NCBI GenBank assembly: GCA_951406725.2 | Contig: OX597823.1 | Span: 79,980,001-80,044,000 of the forward strand | Direction: 5' to 3' | Origin: Octopus vulgaris | Taxonomy: Eukaryota | Length of the DNA: 64,000 bases | Notes under the pieces: generated by a model | What the model saw: only the letters and a program-made list of their open reading frames with translations | What the model was told of the DNA's origin: nothing | The model's database searches: none | Made by a program: the position numbers and the translations under genes | In this document: positions 27,614 through 40,784 of the stretch, piece after piece | How positions within the stretch are numbered: position 1 is the stretch's first letter | Layout: each line of letters opens with the position of its first letter

Positions 27614-27809
27614 AGAAATTGGGTGACATTGTTTCGAATTTAATGTTAGTAATAATGGTGAACGAAAGAAAAAGCACTCGACGTCGTAAAGTAGAGCATT
27701 AACTTTTCTACACTGCAATACTGTAACATGACAGCCAGAAGAACTGAGAGTGTTGCTTTCGTGAAGGGCAAACTTTTAACCGGAGTCATTGTTGTTTTCT
27801 GTCGCCCAA

Positions 27810-28440
27810 TGAAATAGAGAGAGAGAGAAAGGTGGGGTTGCGGAGAGAGAGAGAGGGGGTTGCGGAGAGAGAGAGAAGAAGAAAAGAGAGTTGGGGAGAG
27901 GAAGAGAGAAAGGAAGAAAATGGAGTCATGAAGAAAGCTAAGTGGAGTAATATTGGAAGTCAGATAGACAGAGAGGAAGAACGGGGGAGAAATAGAGAGA
28001 GGGGGGAGTGAAATATCAAGTAAGAATGTAGAGAGAGAAAGAGCATGAAGGAGAGAAAGAGGAAGAACGAGGATGGGGATAAAGAAAGAGTTGGAAAATG
28101 TATTGGATAAGATAGATTGACAAATGAAGAAATCATAAAAGATTGAGGGACGAATAGAGATAGAGATAGAGAGATATAGATATATAGTGAGAGAGAAATA
28201 TATATATATACTGAGAGAGGGAAATGCGTCATGAGCGGGAACAGAGAAGTAGAGAGAACGGGAAAAGGGAAAGGTTAAGATAGACATGTTAAAATGACAA
28301 ATGAGTGAATAAACGAAAACAAAGAGGGAAGGATGGGGAGACGGAGAACCAAACGATGGGAGAGTAGGTGGAGAGTAAGAGTGAAGCAGACAAAACTATA
28401 GATAAAAATACAATGAGTGAGAGATAGTAGTTAAGAATGA
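27810..28440. repeat. Purine-rich (GA) low-complexity region
   Basis: Strong GA strand asymmetry. Confidence 0.85.
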
Positions 28441-28444
28441 AGGA

Positions 28445-28910
28445 GATTGGTCTTCATAGCCTTTCGTAACCACCTCATCAACTTGACATAGTACTCTCCA
28501 TTAAAGTGTGGCTCTTTTGAAGATAGTCAATAAACACAATGCTTTTCGCATCCCCAAAAATTTAGGCCGCCATTTTACCTGCAGATGAAAGGCGTTTGGC
28601 CTTCATTAGAGCGGATGAAGTGAGGGAGGCCCCACTGCTTGGATTGTGTATTTGTCTCTGGTTCAAAATAATAGAGCCAACATTCATCGTGGGTTAGGAA
28701 ACGTTCAAGGAAACCAGCTGGAGCTGCCTCAAACAATATCAGACTTTTCCCGTGATGAGATCAGCCTGGTGCGCTTTTCATCAAGTGTCAAACGACGTGG
28801 CACCCACCCAGCAGGGGCCTTAGTAATGCCAAGTTCATTGTGCAAAATATTCTCAACTTTCGCGTGAGATATGCTAATAGTATTGGCTTTAATTCCTATT
28901 TCACAGCTCT
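28445..28910 (-). pseudogene. mariner transposase relic
   Basis: Minus-strand ILHNELGITKAPAGWVPRRLT...FLERFLTHDECWLYYFEPET..SKQW...SAGKM...DAKSIVFIDYLQK...NGEYY, with frameshifts and a stop. Confidence 0.85.
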
Positions 28911-29016
28911 AGCTTCACCCCATAGTCAGGCCAATCTGATATCCATACATGCATACATATACATATGTATTCATTCATACATACATTCATATACGTATGT
29001 GTGTATGTATGTATGT

Positions 29017-29053
<37 letters not shown>

Positions 29054-29192
29054 TAACGGGAAGCTTTATGAAAATAAACAAAAGACGAAGGCAGGAGGTA
29101 TACAAACAAACAATTGTATTAGTATGGCGCTCAGGAATATAAATAAAACAAGTCTATATGTATATATAGATAGATAGATTAGATAGATAGAT

Positions 29193-29262
<70 letters not shown>

Positions 29263-29814
29263 TAGATATAGATATAGATATAGAGATAGGTAGACAGATA
29301 GATAGATGTATATATATATATATACACACATATACATATGTATATAATATATATATATTTATATATATACATATATATATATATATACGCATACATGTAT
29401 ATACACATACACACGCACGCACGCGCGCAAAGAGTGAGAGATATTGAGAAAGGATATTAGTGAAAATGATAAATGAGAAACTAATGAAGGTAAGCGATAC
29501 AGAAAAAGTTGAAATTTTAATAGGAAAATGGATGACGTAACAGAAGGGAGTTGTCACAAAGAAAGAAAAAAAGAAAGAAAGAAAGACAGAAAGAAAGCGA
29601 AGATAGAATACTGAGCGTGTGCGAGAGACACTGAGCGAGAAGGACGAAGATGAGTATAGGATGAAAACAAAATAGATTGTATATGCTAGAAATATGATGT
29701 AGAAAGATACGTGAAGAAACAAAGGAAATGAGACTCTTCTATACTGTTCTATATTACGGAAATGAGGACTTCTGTACATTATTTACATTATTTACATACA
29801 GGACAGGGGTATGT

Positions 29815-30004
29815 GTCCTCGTATATATATATATATATACAGACGGGTTTCTTTCAGTTTCCGTCTACTGTATCCACTCACAAGGTTTTTGGTCGGCTCG
29901 AAACTATGTAGTAGAAGACACTTACCCAAGGTGCCACGCAGAGCAATGGAACCCACAACCATGTGGCTGGGAAGCATTCTTACCACACAGCAATGCCTGC
30001 GCCT
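29815..30004 (-). mobile_element. SINE family A, 5' half
   Basis: Homology to the head and core. Confidence 0.8.
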
Positions 30005-30008
30005 ATAC

Positions 30009-30052
<44 letters not shown>

Positions 30053-30254
30053 GCATACACGCACACACACACACACACACACATATATACATATATATAT
30101 ACTTATATATTATACATAAATACATACGTACATATATATATACATGTATGTATACATGTATGTATAATATCTTACTACCTGTGGGCGCACTTGCCTGAAG
30201 ATCCAGTGGACTGACAAAGGAAATTCAGAGTACCAAGTGACTCCACAATGTTAT

Positions 30255-30680
30255 TAATGCTGTACGATCGTTTCAAGTCACTCTATTTAATTGAATAATC
30301 CAACCATTACATCAATTCAAACGCAGAGCAATCCTCAGTTGCATAAATACATAGATTTAAATTAAATCAAGATAGATGGACACATTAGTAAAATTTTACC
30401 TAAAACCTCCAAGAAGGTATGGAGATAGACAAAGAACACGCTGTCTTCCCTTCAGCTTAGAAGCTACTAAGGTATTAGGAAGAAAGACATGACAGCATGT
30501 TCTTTGTCTATCTCCTTACCTTCTTGGCGGTTTTAAGTAAATTATACTTATGTGTCCAGCTGCTTTAATTTAATTCAACTCCATGTATTTTTGCAGCTGA
30601 GGATCGCTCTGCATTTAAATTGATGTAATGGTTGCGATGTTCAATTAAATGGAGTCGCCTGAAACGATCGTACAGCATTA
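30255..30680. repeat. Long imperfect palindrome (about 190 bp arms, about 45 bp spacer)
   Basis: TAATGCTGTACGATCGTTTCA... at the left end matches ...TGAAACGATCGTACAGCATTA at the right; arms pair along their length. Confidence 0.9.
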
Positions 30681-30743
30681 CCTTTGGAAATCATGTTGCT
30701 TATTTTGATTTTATATATATGTATATGTATGTATGTATGTATG

Positions 30744-30777
<34 letters not shown>

Positions 30778-31348
30778 TGTACACGCAAATCTGATCACGA
30801 AAAAAAAGGAGATAGACCGTGATCCTGGAGAGAGTCAGTGAGGCAGACAGAAAAATAGAGCATGTAAGAAAAGGAAGAGGTGTGCAATAATAGAAATATC
30901 AATTTAGCGCAAATTGCTTGTTTTCTTTGTGTAGAATTTGTTGTTAGTGCTGGTGGTGCCGATGTTCTTTATATTACTCTAGAATTAAACGCCGATATCT
31001 AAAAAGTGTCCTGAAATGCAAGAAACTTCAAGGGAATACAAAAGTGTTTAACAAAACATGAAGCCAACAAGGGACATGTTAGTTTTATTGATGTGAGTAT
31101 TGTAGTGCGACGGTGATACGATATTGTGAATCAATTTGAAATCCTAGTTGGATGTATTTCACTTGGGTCGTTCATATCCAAAAACATGATATCATTGTCG
31201 CAGTGTTTTCATTTGTTCGCTCGCTTTGTTTAATACATGAAAAAATTGTTAAAGTACTAATCTCACTACAGTTACAACCTCATAACATCCATATATTCGA
31301 TTCGTTTTCACTGATCTGTAAACAAAACTACACAGTCGCCCAAATACA

Positions 31349-31454
<106 letters not shown>

Positions 31455-31493
31455 CATACTATATATATATATAGTATGTATATAACTATATAT

Positions 31494-31544
<51 letters not shown>

Positions 31545-31548
<4 letters not shown>

Positions 31549-31709
31549 AGAATTCACAAAAAACAAAAGACGAAGACAGGTAGTGTAGACAACAAACAGA
31601 TGTATTACTTTAACGTTTCGTGCCTACGCTCTTCAACAGAAAGGAACACAGAATGAAACAGGAAGAGGAAATAAAGAATGTGTAGTGGCTAGCGATCTAT
31701 CATGGCGAA
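31545..31709 (-). mobile_element. Short Penelope-like element in (TA)n, with a hammerhead-like motif at 31608-31643
   Basis: Minus strand CTTT-CTGTTGA-A-GAGC-GTAG-GCAC-GAAA-CG-TT-AAAG; same termini as 35652-35809. Confidence 0.65.
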
Positions 31710-32115
31710 TATATATATATATAGAGAATGTGAAAGAAAATGGAATTCACGATAATGTATTAACTACTTTAGTTTCTTATGGAGACGCGGAGTACGCAAC
31801 AATTACCAAAATGTATTGTTAAAGAAATAAGTGAAACGGCAAATAAAGAAACGAGGTATCTTTTGAAAAGTCCCCTGAGGAGACAAATCTGCACCTACGA
31901 TATCGGTGTATGATGGGTCGAAACGAACGTAGTGAATGAGGAGTCTCGTGAATTCCATTGTCTTTCTCTCGTATTTTTCATACACTCTACGAACACAAAA
32001 GAATTTCTGAAAGATTGCTTTAAGCTACATGGCGTATTTCATAAATATGCTTGTTCAAGTATCATAATAGCATGGCACTATTAGTAACTCTTTCAGTTAT
32101 AATTTGACGCATATA

Positions 32116-32159
<44 letters not shown>

Positions 32160-32172
<13 letters not shown>

Positions 32173-32683
32173 GGCAGTTTGTCTGTCTGTGTGTCTGTGT
32201 GTCTGTCAGGTTGTACCCTCAGCCTTACCACGGCTTTCAACCGATTCTGATGAAACTTGACACACACATAGCCCAATGTCATAATTCAAAACTAACATAG
32301 CGACAATTTTGAAAAGTTCCCCCAGTTCTGAAAAAAATCGATAAATTCGACATGGGGTGGAGAATCTAAGCTTTTTATATACAACACATTTTCTGTTGTA
32401 GTTTTCGCAACTTGCAATCGATTTTAACCAAACTCATAGTGAAGCTTAATGTTACCCTAAGAAACTTAATTCTGACGTTAGTTTTCCATGCAATACCTTA
32501 CCATCAGACAAAATTGATAAAATCATGCCATTTTGGGAAATCGCGTTCAAATTCAAGATGACATATTTTCGACAATATCTTTCACAAACTGGCAGGAAAT
32601 TAGAGGGAAAGGACTAGATTGGGATTAGTCGTTGCCTACTAGGGGCTCTTACATACCCAGGCAACGCTGGGCTATGCTGCTAG
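32160..32683 (+). mobile_element. Non-autonomous Helitron
   Basis: TATAT..AAA start with (TCTG)n; 3' hairpin CCCAGGCAACGCTGGG then CTAG-T. Confidence 0.75.
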
Positions 32684-32685
32684 TA

Positions 32686-32950
32686 TTATATAAAATCCGT
32701 TCTGTCTGTGTGTGTGTCTTCTAGGATCTCGGGCATCCTCCATCAGATTGCACTCAAATTTGATATGTAGATACCGACGGTATCAGGGCGTGTATAAGTC
32801 TTGAAAAAATTACAAAAATCGATTCCAGGTGAGAATGCGATCGATAAAGCCGTGGGAACGTGCATTTGTGCGCGCAAGTAGATCAGCTGTTGCGATCGAT
32901 AGTACTCGTTCGCGAGAAAAATGCACGGTGTCTCAAATTTAGGTTAAATC
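32686..32950 (+). mobile_element. Second Helitron-like 5' part, directly after the first
   Basis: TATATAAAA..TCTGTCTGTGTG...CAGATTGCACTCAAATTTG, like the 5' portions of the other Helitrons; no 3' CTAG end seen. Confidence 0.45.
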
Positions 32951-33062
32951 AGTGTTTCTCAAAAGGGAGGCCTATGGAACGGTCGGACAAGTTGTTTCGA
33001 GAAAATTTGGTTTAGACGTTTGACAACTCAGCACCGTCCACGGGACGGGGGGCGTTTTGCTC

Positions 33063-33123
<61 letters not shown>

Positions 33124-33896
33124 TGTATGTATGTATGTATGTATGTATGTATGTATGTATGTATGTGTGTATGTATTTATGTATGTACATCTACATATAT
33201 TTATACATACACACACGCGCAAACACACACACACATACACACATGCATACATACATACATACATACATACATACATACATACATACATACATACATACAG
33301 ACACACACACACATATATACATATGCATACACTCTAAGAATACACATCCTTATTATACAGAGTATATCATATATAATCTTGGAGAGGTATTTTTCACCAA
33401 ATTGCAGAACTGATATTCACATGGACTATGAATTATTCGGAACTAGGATAATTATGTTTATGCAATGAAAGAACAAACGGAAATCATAAACATTTCTTAC
33501 AAGATATAAAGGAAATTTGTGTTAACTTACATTATAACAAGTTTTCATCAGCAATATAGAGCTATCGGCAATGTGTTGTGAAGTTTGAAGTCACATACAA
33601 CGGACGAATGTACCAAACAAAAGGAGCGTTTTATATTTCCACAGGGTGTAAGAATGTTTTGAGGAAACTATCTAAAGTACTCAATGTGGAATTAACTTCC
33701 TTGTGACATTATAATCTTGGTAACAAGACACATATTTATCCCATAGGGTACTTCGTAATTAGTCTTCGCGAAATATTTTCGCAAAAAAGTGCTCAACAAA
33801 TGTTTATAAAATTTATGAATGCTTCGAGGCAAATGGTATTAAATCTTTACAGTGTTAGTGTGTGTCCGAGTGCATGAATCTGTGTGTGAGTGTGTA

Positions 33897-33940
<44 letters not shown>

Positions 33941-34087
33941 TGCAAATGGAAATAAAAGTATTCAATAAATGTAAATTTTGTTCCTTTAAGCTACAATGAG
34001 GATAATTAATAAACAAACACTTGCACAACCATGCATTCACACGTTCTTCAATACTTACGCATATATATATATATATAAATGAATATA

Positions 34088-34159
<72 letters not shown>

Positions 34160-34166
34160 TGTATAT

Positions 34167-34219
<53 letters not shown>

Positions 34220-34236
34220 GTATATATATAAAATAT

Positions 34237-34270
<34 letters not shown>

Positions 34271-34852
34271 ATGTATGCATACACATACATACATACATAC
34301 ATACACACATACATACACACATACATACATAGACACATACATACATACATACATACATACATACATACATACATACACACATACATACATACATACATAC
34401 ATACATACATACATACACACATACATACATACATACATACATACATACATACATACATACATACATACATACATACATACATACACACACATACCCACAC
34501 ACATGAGGAATCAAGCTGTTTAGCAGCTGGAATTAATATTACGCGTGAATCTAATACATCTTCGTCAGTTACTCTCAAAGGCGTATTTTGGTTGCTCGTT
34601 TTGAGGGTTGGGGTAGCTAAAGACAACGACTTGTTGCAGTGCCTCTTTGTTTTATCGGAACCTGTTGCCTCTCGGCTTTACGTGCAAGTGAATTTCCTCT
34701 ATGTCAACGGCCGATCACTATCATTCAGAGCCTTATAAGTATTCCTAAGTTTGAATGCGAGACGATGACTTTTTAAATATTGTATTTATTCTTTGAATAT
34801 AAGAGGTTACCCCGTGATACAAACATAAGGTATTATTAGCATAATATTAGCA

Positions 34853-35065
34853 TAAGGCGGCGAGCTGGCAGAAACGTTAGCACGCCGGGCGAAATGCTTA
34901 GTGGTATTTCGTCTGCGTTACGTTGTGAGTTCAAATTCCACCGAGGTCGACTTTGCCTTTCATCCTTTCGGGGTCGATAAATTAAGTACCATTTACGCAC
35001 TGCGGTCGATGTCTGTCCTTGTTTGTCCCCTCTATGTTTAGCCCCTTGTGGGTAATAAAGAAATA
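34853..35065 (+). mobile_element. SINE family B with TSD-like flanking repeat
   Basis: Full copy; AGGTATTATTAGCATAATA occurs upstream (34828-34846) and downstream (35065-35083). Confidence 0.9.
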
Positions 35066-35619
35066 GGTATTATTAGCATAATAGATGGAATGGTATTTAG
35101 TTACAGTTTTCTCACTTTATGATTTGAGGTCAAAACCCGCTGAGATCGACTTTGCCTTATATTCTTCATATCACAGTTAATACTAAAAACGCCAAGGTAT
35201 TATTTTAAGGCAACGACAATGCACCAAAGAATGGCACGGGAGGTTCTCAGAATTGTCCAAGACCAGCGCTGAGATCGACTTTACCTTGTTTCCATCTGAG
35301 GTGGATAAAATAAGCTAAAAATGTTCAGGTACTATTTTGGAAAGGCAACATAGCGAAAATGAATATCACGAGACGTTGTCAGAATCGACTGTTCCGGGTC
35401 TCTGATCGCACACCCGTGTGGTTGCTTTTCACAGCTGTGTGCTTGGACTACCTTAATTTGTTATATTATTTTGTATTTATTATATTTGTCTTTATTTCTA
35501 TCAATTGATGTTATATTTATCTGCAATTTTTGGTGCTTGCTTTTGTGTATCAAAATTTCAATGTCTTAATATTTTGTATTGCATTTTTACTCTCACTCCC
35601 TCTATCTCCCTCTCTCTCA

Positions 35620-35651
<32 letters not shown>

Positions 35652-35655
<4 letters not shown>

Positions 35656-35809
35656 AGAATTCACAAAAAAGAAAAAAGACGAAGACAGGTGGTGTAGACA
35701 ACAAAGTCTTTAACGTTTCGAGCCTATGCTCATCCACAGAAAGGAACACAGAAAGAAACTAGGAGAGAAAATGAAGAATGTGTAGTGGCTAGCGATCTAT
35801 CATGGCAAA
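35652..35809 (-). mobile_element. Short Penelope-like element in (TA)n, with a hammerhead-like motif at 35708-35743
   Basis: Minus strand CTTT-CTGTGGA-T-GAGC-ATAG-GCTC-GAAA-CG-TT-AAAG. Confidence 0.65.
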
Positions 35810-35892
35810 TATATATATATATATATATATATATAAACGAACTCATATGTATATACATATATATACATAGATATAGACATATATATATATAT

Positions 35893-36433
35893 ACATCTAA
35901 TGTAGGATAAAATTTTTTCGAAAATTTCGGCATTAGAAATTTTTTCGTTTGCCCTTATTTATAAATTGTTTATGAATATAACCTTTAAAGGTATTTTTTA
36001 ATATGCTGGCCATTGATAAAAAATTTTATCCTACATTAGATGTAAATTTAATAGTATTCACTTCCGGACTCTCTCACTCTGTGAGAGTTTCAGTTCGAAT
36101 CGCACGTGTCTCGGATGGGCTGGAGAATTTCTATTTTGGATATATTTGGGGTACTCAGTTGTACGCATGACTTAGTGTTTCCTTCTTCCATGGGTATGAG
36201 TAAGTATTTCATTTATTTCTTTGCCGCATTTATCACTGACGAAGCGAAGGTTCTTATGAACTCACCCTGAAATCGGTCCGATATGGTAATAACGGAATTT
36301 TTTCGAAATTTCTGTCGACCCTTTTCGAGTAACGTGCTTATTGTGATAAATTATATGGTTATGGACAATGTGTCTAGTTTCGGCATATTTGGCATTAGAA
36401 ATTTTTTCGTTTGCCCTTATTTATAAGTTGTTT
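35893..36433 (+). mobile_element. Penelope-like terminal-repeat structure (short inverted segment plus partial direct repeat)
   Basis: 35893-35917 is inverted relative to about 36020-36044; 35929-35972 is directly repeated at 36391-36433; internal hammerhead; flanked by (TA)n. Confidence 0.7.
36230..36289 (+). ncRNA. Type-I hammerhead ribozyme motif with canonical core
   Basis: TTATCA-CTGACGA-[AGCGAAGGTTC-TTAT-GAACTCACCCT]-GAAA-TCGG-T-CCGA-TA-TGGTAA; stem I 6 bp, stem II 8/11 paired, near-palindromic stem III. Confidence 0.7.
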
Positions 36434-38050
36434 ATATATATATATACGCATTCATACATGCATACATGTATACATACACGCATATATATATACACACGCA
36501 TACATACATACTTACATACATAATACATACATACATACTTACATACATACACACACACATACATGCATACATACGCGCATATATATACACACGCACGCAT
36601 ACATACACACATACATACATACATACATATATACATACATACATACATACATACTAGCATAGTTTCTCGACATTGTCCTGATGCCAAAAGTGTAAAAAGC
36701 ACTATGATCGATTTTGTGAATAAAAAACTGGAACGATTGTTAAATTATTCAATTGTTAAAAAGTTAGGAAATTTTCTATCTACAACAAGCGAACCAACAA
36801 ACACACTTTTAACTCATCCTCACAATCTACTTATTCAAAAATACACCATAGGAAAATGTTATTAAAATACGCATCGTTAAGAACGTTATGAAGAAATAAA
36901 ATCGTAGTCACTTAACTATAGCTTTGGTATCTACATATGTAAAACGTGACTAGGCCTGCTAAGCATGTGATTTTAACGCAAATAATTCAATCTATAGTAA
37001 GTTTTCAATCTTTAGTTTTTAGAGTTAGAAAGAAAACATTACATTTAATGAAGTGTCCATACTTTTGAACCTGAAGGAATATTTATATATGTGACATCTA
37101 CCAAATGGTGTTGCCATTGTGACAACTTTGTTGAACTCAAGCGCATATATATAAAAAAGTTTCACGCCATTTTTTAGGGTAGAATTAAAGGATAGTTTCT
37201 GTGGAATTTTCAATTGTATGCAACGGTATTTCGCATTGTATGTTTTGTTACGAAGTGAATATTTCTGGAGTAGTATTGGTGACGGCAGTCCATAAGATCT
37301 AAGGTACTTGAAGTAACTAACTTCCTTGAGTTGTGTGAGTAAATACTGCCGAACTGCAACCTGAAGCAAACTCTTCACCCTATTCAAGAGAAAGGCTTTA
37401 CCATCAAGCAGAAACGATCGAGACATCGACATGGTCTGTGATTCTTTAGCTCTGACTGTGCTGCAGGTATTTCCCTCACAGCTCGTTAACTGTGTGATGC
37501 ACAAGACGTTATTATCGCTTGAGTATACTTTGACTAATATCAATCTGTTTCTCATTACACAGAAGACTGAGTATGTGACTAATCAATGAGAAATAAATGT
37601 GATTTGCTATTATAATATTAGACAACAATGATATGGTTTTTAGACAAGAACAAATTAGCATTAGTTTGCGTTATGGGCAAACGGAAGTGTGTGTACGTTA
37701 TCCAAAAATTACAATGCGGTGAGAATTTAGCGAAAGGTCACGCCCTACACGCCTGCTCGCTGGGTGGTGCCTCAGCACTTTTCAGAAGAAACCCGTCACA
37801 GTCAGAGACATTGGTGGCGACAGGGAATCTTGTCTCGAAGTCGCTTTTGTTTCTCAGCACAGGTAGGTAACGAGCGTACAGTTAGGTGACTAATGACAAT
37901 ATGGGGTCGACGAGAGTCTCCATGAACACTCAGATCCTGTTGAGCCCCAATAAATACAAAACGGAGTAATAGCCCCACTACACGTTAAGACGGAGGAAAT
38001 ACTCCTAAACATTTTGCCCGGTGTGCTAACGATTCTGCTAGCTCGCTGCC

Positions 38051-38111
<61 letters not shown>

Positions 38112-38125
38112 TAATAATAATAAAT

Positions 38126-38278
38126 TATCTTCATATGAGATCCCCATGTCGCGCACATATGGGGGTGATGCATGTGCCTAGTGTACCCTTATCAGACGGG
38201 TAGTCATGATGGGTATACTGGGCTTCGTATATTTTACCCCAGTGTCACTTTGATGGCATGCACTGCTCTCTCACTCAA
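38126..38278 (+). mobile_element. Heavily 5'-truncated non-LTR element 3' end inside (TAA)n
   Basis: (TAA)n on both sides; homologous to 12860-12970. Confidence 0.6.
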
Positions 38279-38297
38279 TAATAATAATAATAATGAC

Positions 38298-38349
<52 letters not shown>

Positions 38350-38352
<3 letters not shown>

Positions 38353-38728
38353 GTTTCAAATTTTTCCACAAGGGCAGCAATTTTCGAGGAGGGGATGAGT
38401 CAATAACATTGACCCTCGACTCGGAAATGCTGAAAGGTAAAGTGTCAACCTCGGCGGAATTTGAACTCAGAACATACCGACAGATGAAATACCTATTTCT
38501 TTACTACCCACAAGGGGCTACACACAGAGGGGACAAACAAGGACGGACAAACGGATTAAGTCGATTATATCGACACCAGTGCGTAACTGGTACTTATTTA
38601 ATCGACTCCGAAAAGATGAAGGGTAAAGTCAACCTTGGCGGAATTTGAACTCAGAACGTAGCGGCAGACGAAATACCGCTCAGCATTTCGCCCGGATGTA
38701 CAAACGACTCTTCCAGCTCACCACCTTA
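38350..38728 (-). mobile_element. SINE family B, dimeric; an extra head fragment lies at 37980-38052
   Basis: Same AAAGAAATAGGTATTTC junction as at 21570 and in the 61 kb array. Confidence 0.85.
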
Positions 38729-38734
38729 ATAATC

Positions 38735-38857
<123 letters not shown>

Positions 38858-39138
38858 GTAATAATAATAGTAATAATAATAGTGATAATGATGATGATGA
38901 TGATGATGATGAAAAATTCCTGAACGTCACATGGAGTGCCAAATAGCAAACGACGTAAATTAATATTGCCCTCGTGGATACCCTCCATGAAGTCAATGAT
39001 TCGATACCTCAGCCACGTTCATTAAAAAAAAAATTGCAAACATTTGAAAAATCGCATTTGAAGAGGGAATTAGTGAAAGCAACCATCACACAAAAATAAG
39101 CTATATAAAACAACACAATTGCTATTCTCAGGGATATA

Positions 39139-39237
39139 CAAATACAAGCATAGCGGAGGGTAAGAACTTCTCTGTATTGTTATCAAATACAAGCATAGCG
39201 GAGGGTAATGACTTCTCTGTATTGTTATCAAATACAA
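39139..39237. repeat. 45-bp tandem duplication (2.2 copies)
   Basis: CAAATACAAGCATAGCGGAGGGTAA..ACTTCTCTGTATTGTTAT occurs twice. Confidence 0.95.
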
Positions 39238-39765
39238 ACAAACTATAAACTTGGCATACACTGGTTGACTTGATAAGAACATTTTCAGTCAATTTGGAAA
39301 TGCTATCCAAATACACGGGAATGAAAACAGAGATTAAGAAAATCATAGATTTTCAAGTCACTCTGTACCGATTATAATAAGTCAGAGCATTGAGTGCAGT
39401 GCATACAAATGTAGTGTAAGAACAACATTGAAGAACAACCGATTTCATCCTTTGTGTTTAAATGTGTCGGGCTAATAAAATTACATATGAACACGGATGC
39501 AAACGTAACGAGTCACACATGCGCAATAATAACGGTTTCTGTTACATAGTGACAAGACCTGACTGGTTAACACGGAAAGAGACACGAGGGAAGTGAGTGA
39601 AGCTTATGATTCTTCTCAAATACGTGAAATGAAGAAGTGTCACTCTAGGATCGTTACCCTGGACGTTCAACTGTAATGATTATTGTATATAAACACATTG
39701 CCCCGAATTATACACGACAGTGTATATTAATCTTTAGATAATAAAATTATTCCGCCTGCCAAGTT

Positions 39766-40030
39766 TAAACTATAGAACGATTCGAAGACATAATCAAAAA
39801 ATTTAGCAAAGTGAAACAAATTTGAGAGTTTGCATTTTCAAGATCTTTAACTATGGAATAACGTTGAAGCCATAATTGAAATCTTTAGCAAAATGTAATA
39901 AATCGTTACACATTCAAGTTACTTAACTATGGAACGAAATTAAAGACAGTTGTAAATCTTTAGCAAAAGGAAACAAATTTGAGTGTTACACTTTCGAGAT
40001 TCTTAACTATGGAAAAAAGTTGAAGATATA
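39766..40030. repeat. Degenerate ~78-bp minisatellite (about 3.3 copies)
   Basis: TTAACTATGGAA...TTTAGCAAA recurs near 39766, 39847, 39923 and 40002. Confidence 0.8.
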
Positions 40031-40054
40031 AATGGGCTTTTTTTATAAAATAAT

Positions 40055-40205
40055 CTTTTCTACTCTAGGCATAAGGCACGAAATTTGGATGGAGGGGCCA
40101 GTTGATTAGATCGAACCCAGTACGCAACTGCTACTTAATTTATCGACCCAGAAAGGATGAAAGGCAAAGTCGACCTCGGCAGAATTTGAACTGAGAACGT
40201 AAATG
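40055..40205 (-). mobile_element. SINE family B, 3' part
   Basis: TCGACCCAGAAAGGATGAAAGGCAAAGTCGACCTCGGCAGAATTTGAAC. Confidence 0.8.
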
Positions 40206-40578
40206 CAAATTAATGTGCATCTATATGTATGTGTTTTAAAACAGAAATGAGAAAAATTATAAAATAGGGAATTTTTATGAGAGGCGTTAGTTAGTATTAT
40301 GACACTAATAACATTAGAATTATGTTAATAGTGTAAGGAAAATAAGATGAATTTAAACGAGAATTGCTCTGAACTGTGCCTATAGATGGCCTAGAAAACA
40401 ATTTTTGTAACAATAGAATCCTCCTCCTTATGTTTGCTGCAGATATGTTATAGAAGCAACAATCTATATAAATGGGATAAATATTCTAGTGTCCTGAAGC
40501 CTTCTGACAGCAAATTTAATATGTTTTAAATCCACGTTTTTCATTAAGAAAAAGGTGTTAAATTTGAATTCTCTGCAG

Positions 40579-40784
40579 ATGAACGTGCGCTTGGCAACCA
40601 AAACAACAGAAACAAGGAGAATGATGATGGCGAAAATGGCCCCCAAATAAACAGGGACAAAGAGGAGGAAATGGAGGAGGAGGAGGAGGACGACAACGAC
40701 GACGACGACGACAATGAGGAGGATTTATTTGCAGAAGAACGACAAACGAAGGGGAAATTACTAAAACAGATCCGTAATGCGTAA
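40579..40784 (+). other. Candidate exon or decayed ORF encoding an acidic stretch
   Basis: TTCTCTGCAG acceptor; frame ERALGNQNNRNKENDDGENGPQINRDKEEEMEEEEEEDDNDDDDDDNEEDLFAEERQTKGKLLKQIRNA, ending at GC/GTAAGG or at TAA; no homologue recognised. Confidence 0.3.

Noticed and set aside
27646-28287. 213-aa minus-strand ORF
   Set aside because: CT-rich low-complexity strand depleted of stop codons; S/L/F-biased
37280-37355. miR-8/miR-200-like seed (AATACTGCCG) with a 7-bp inverted partner
   Set aside because: Pairing is too short for a precursor hairpin and the rest of the mature sequence does not match
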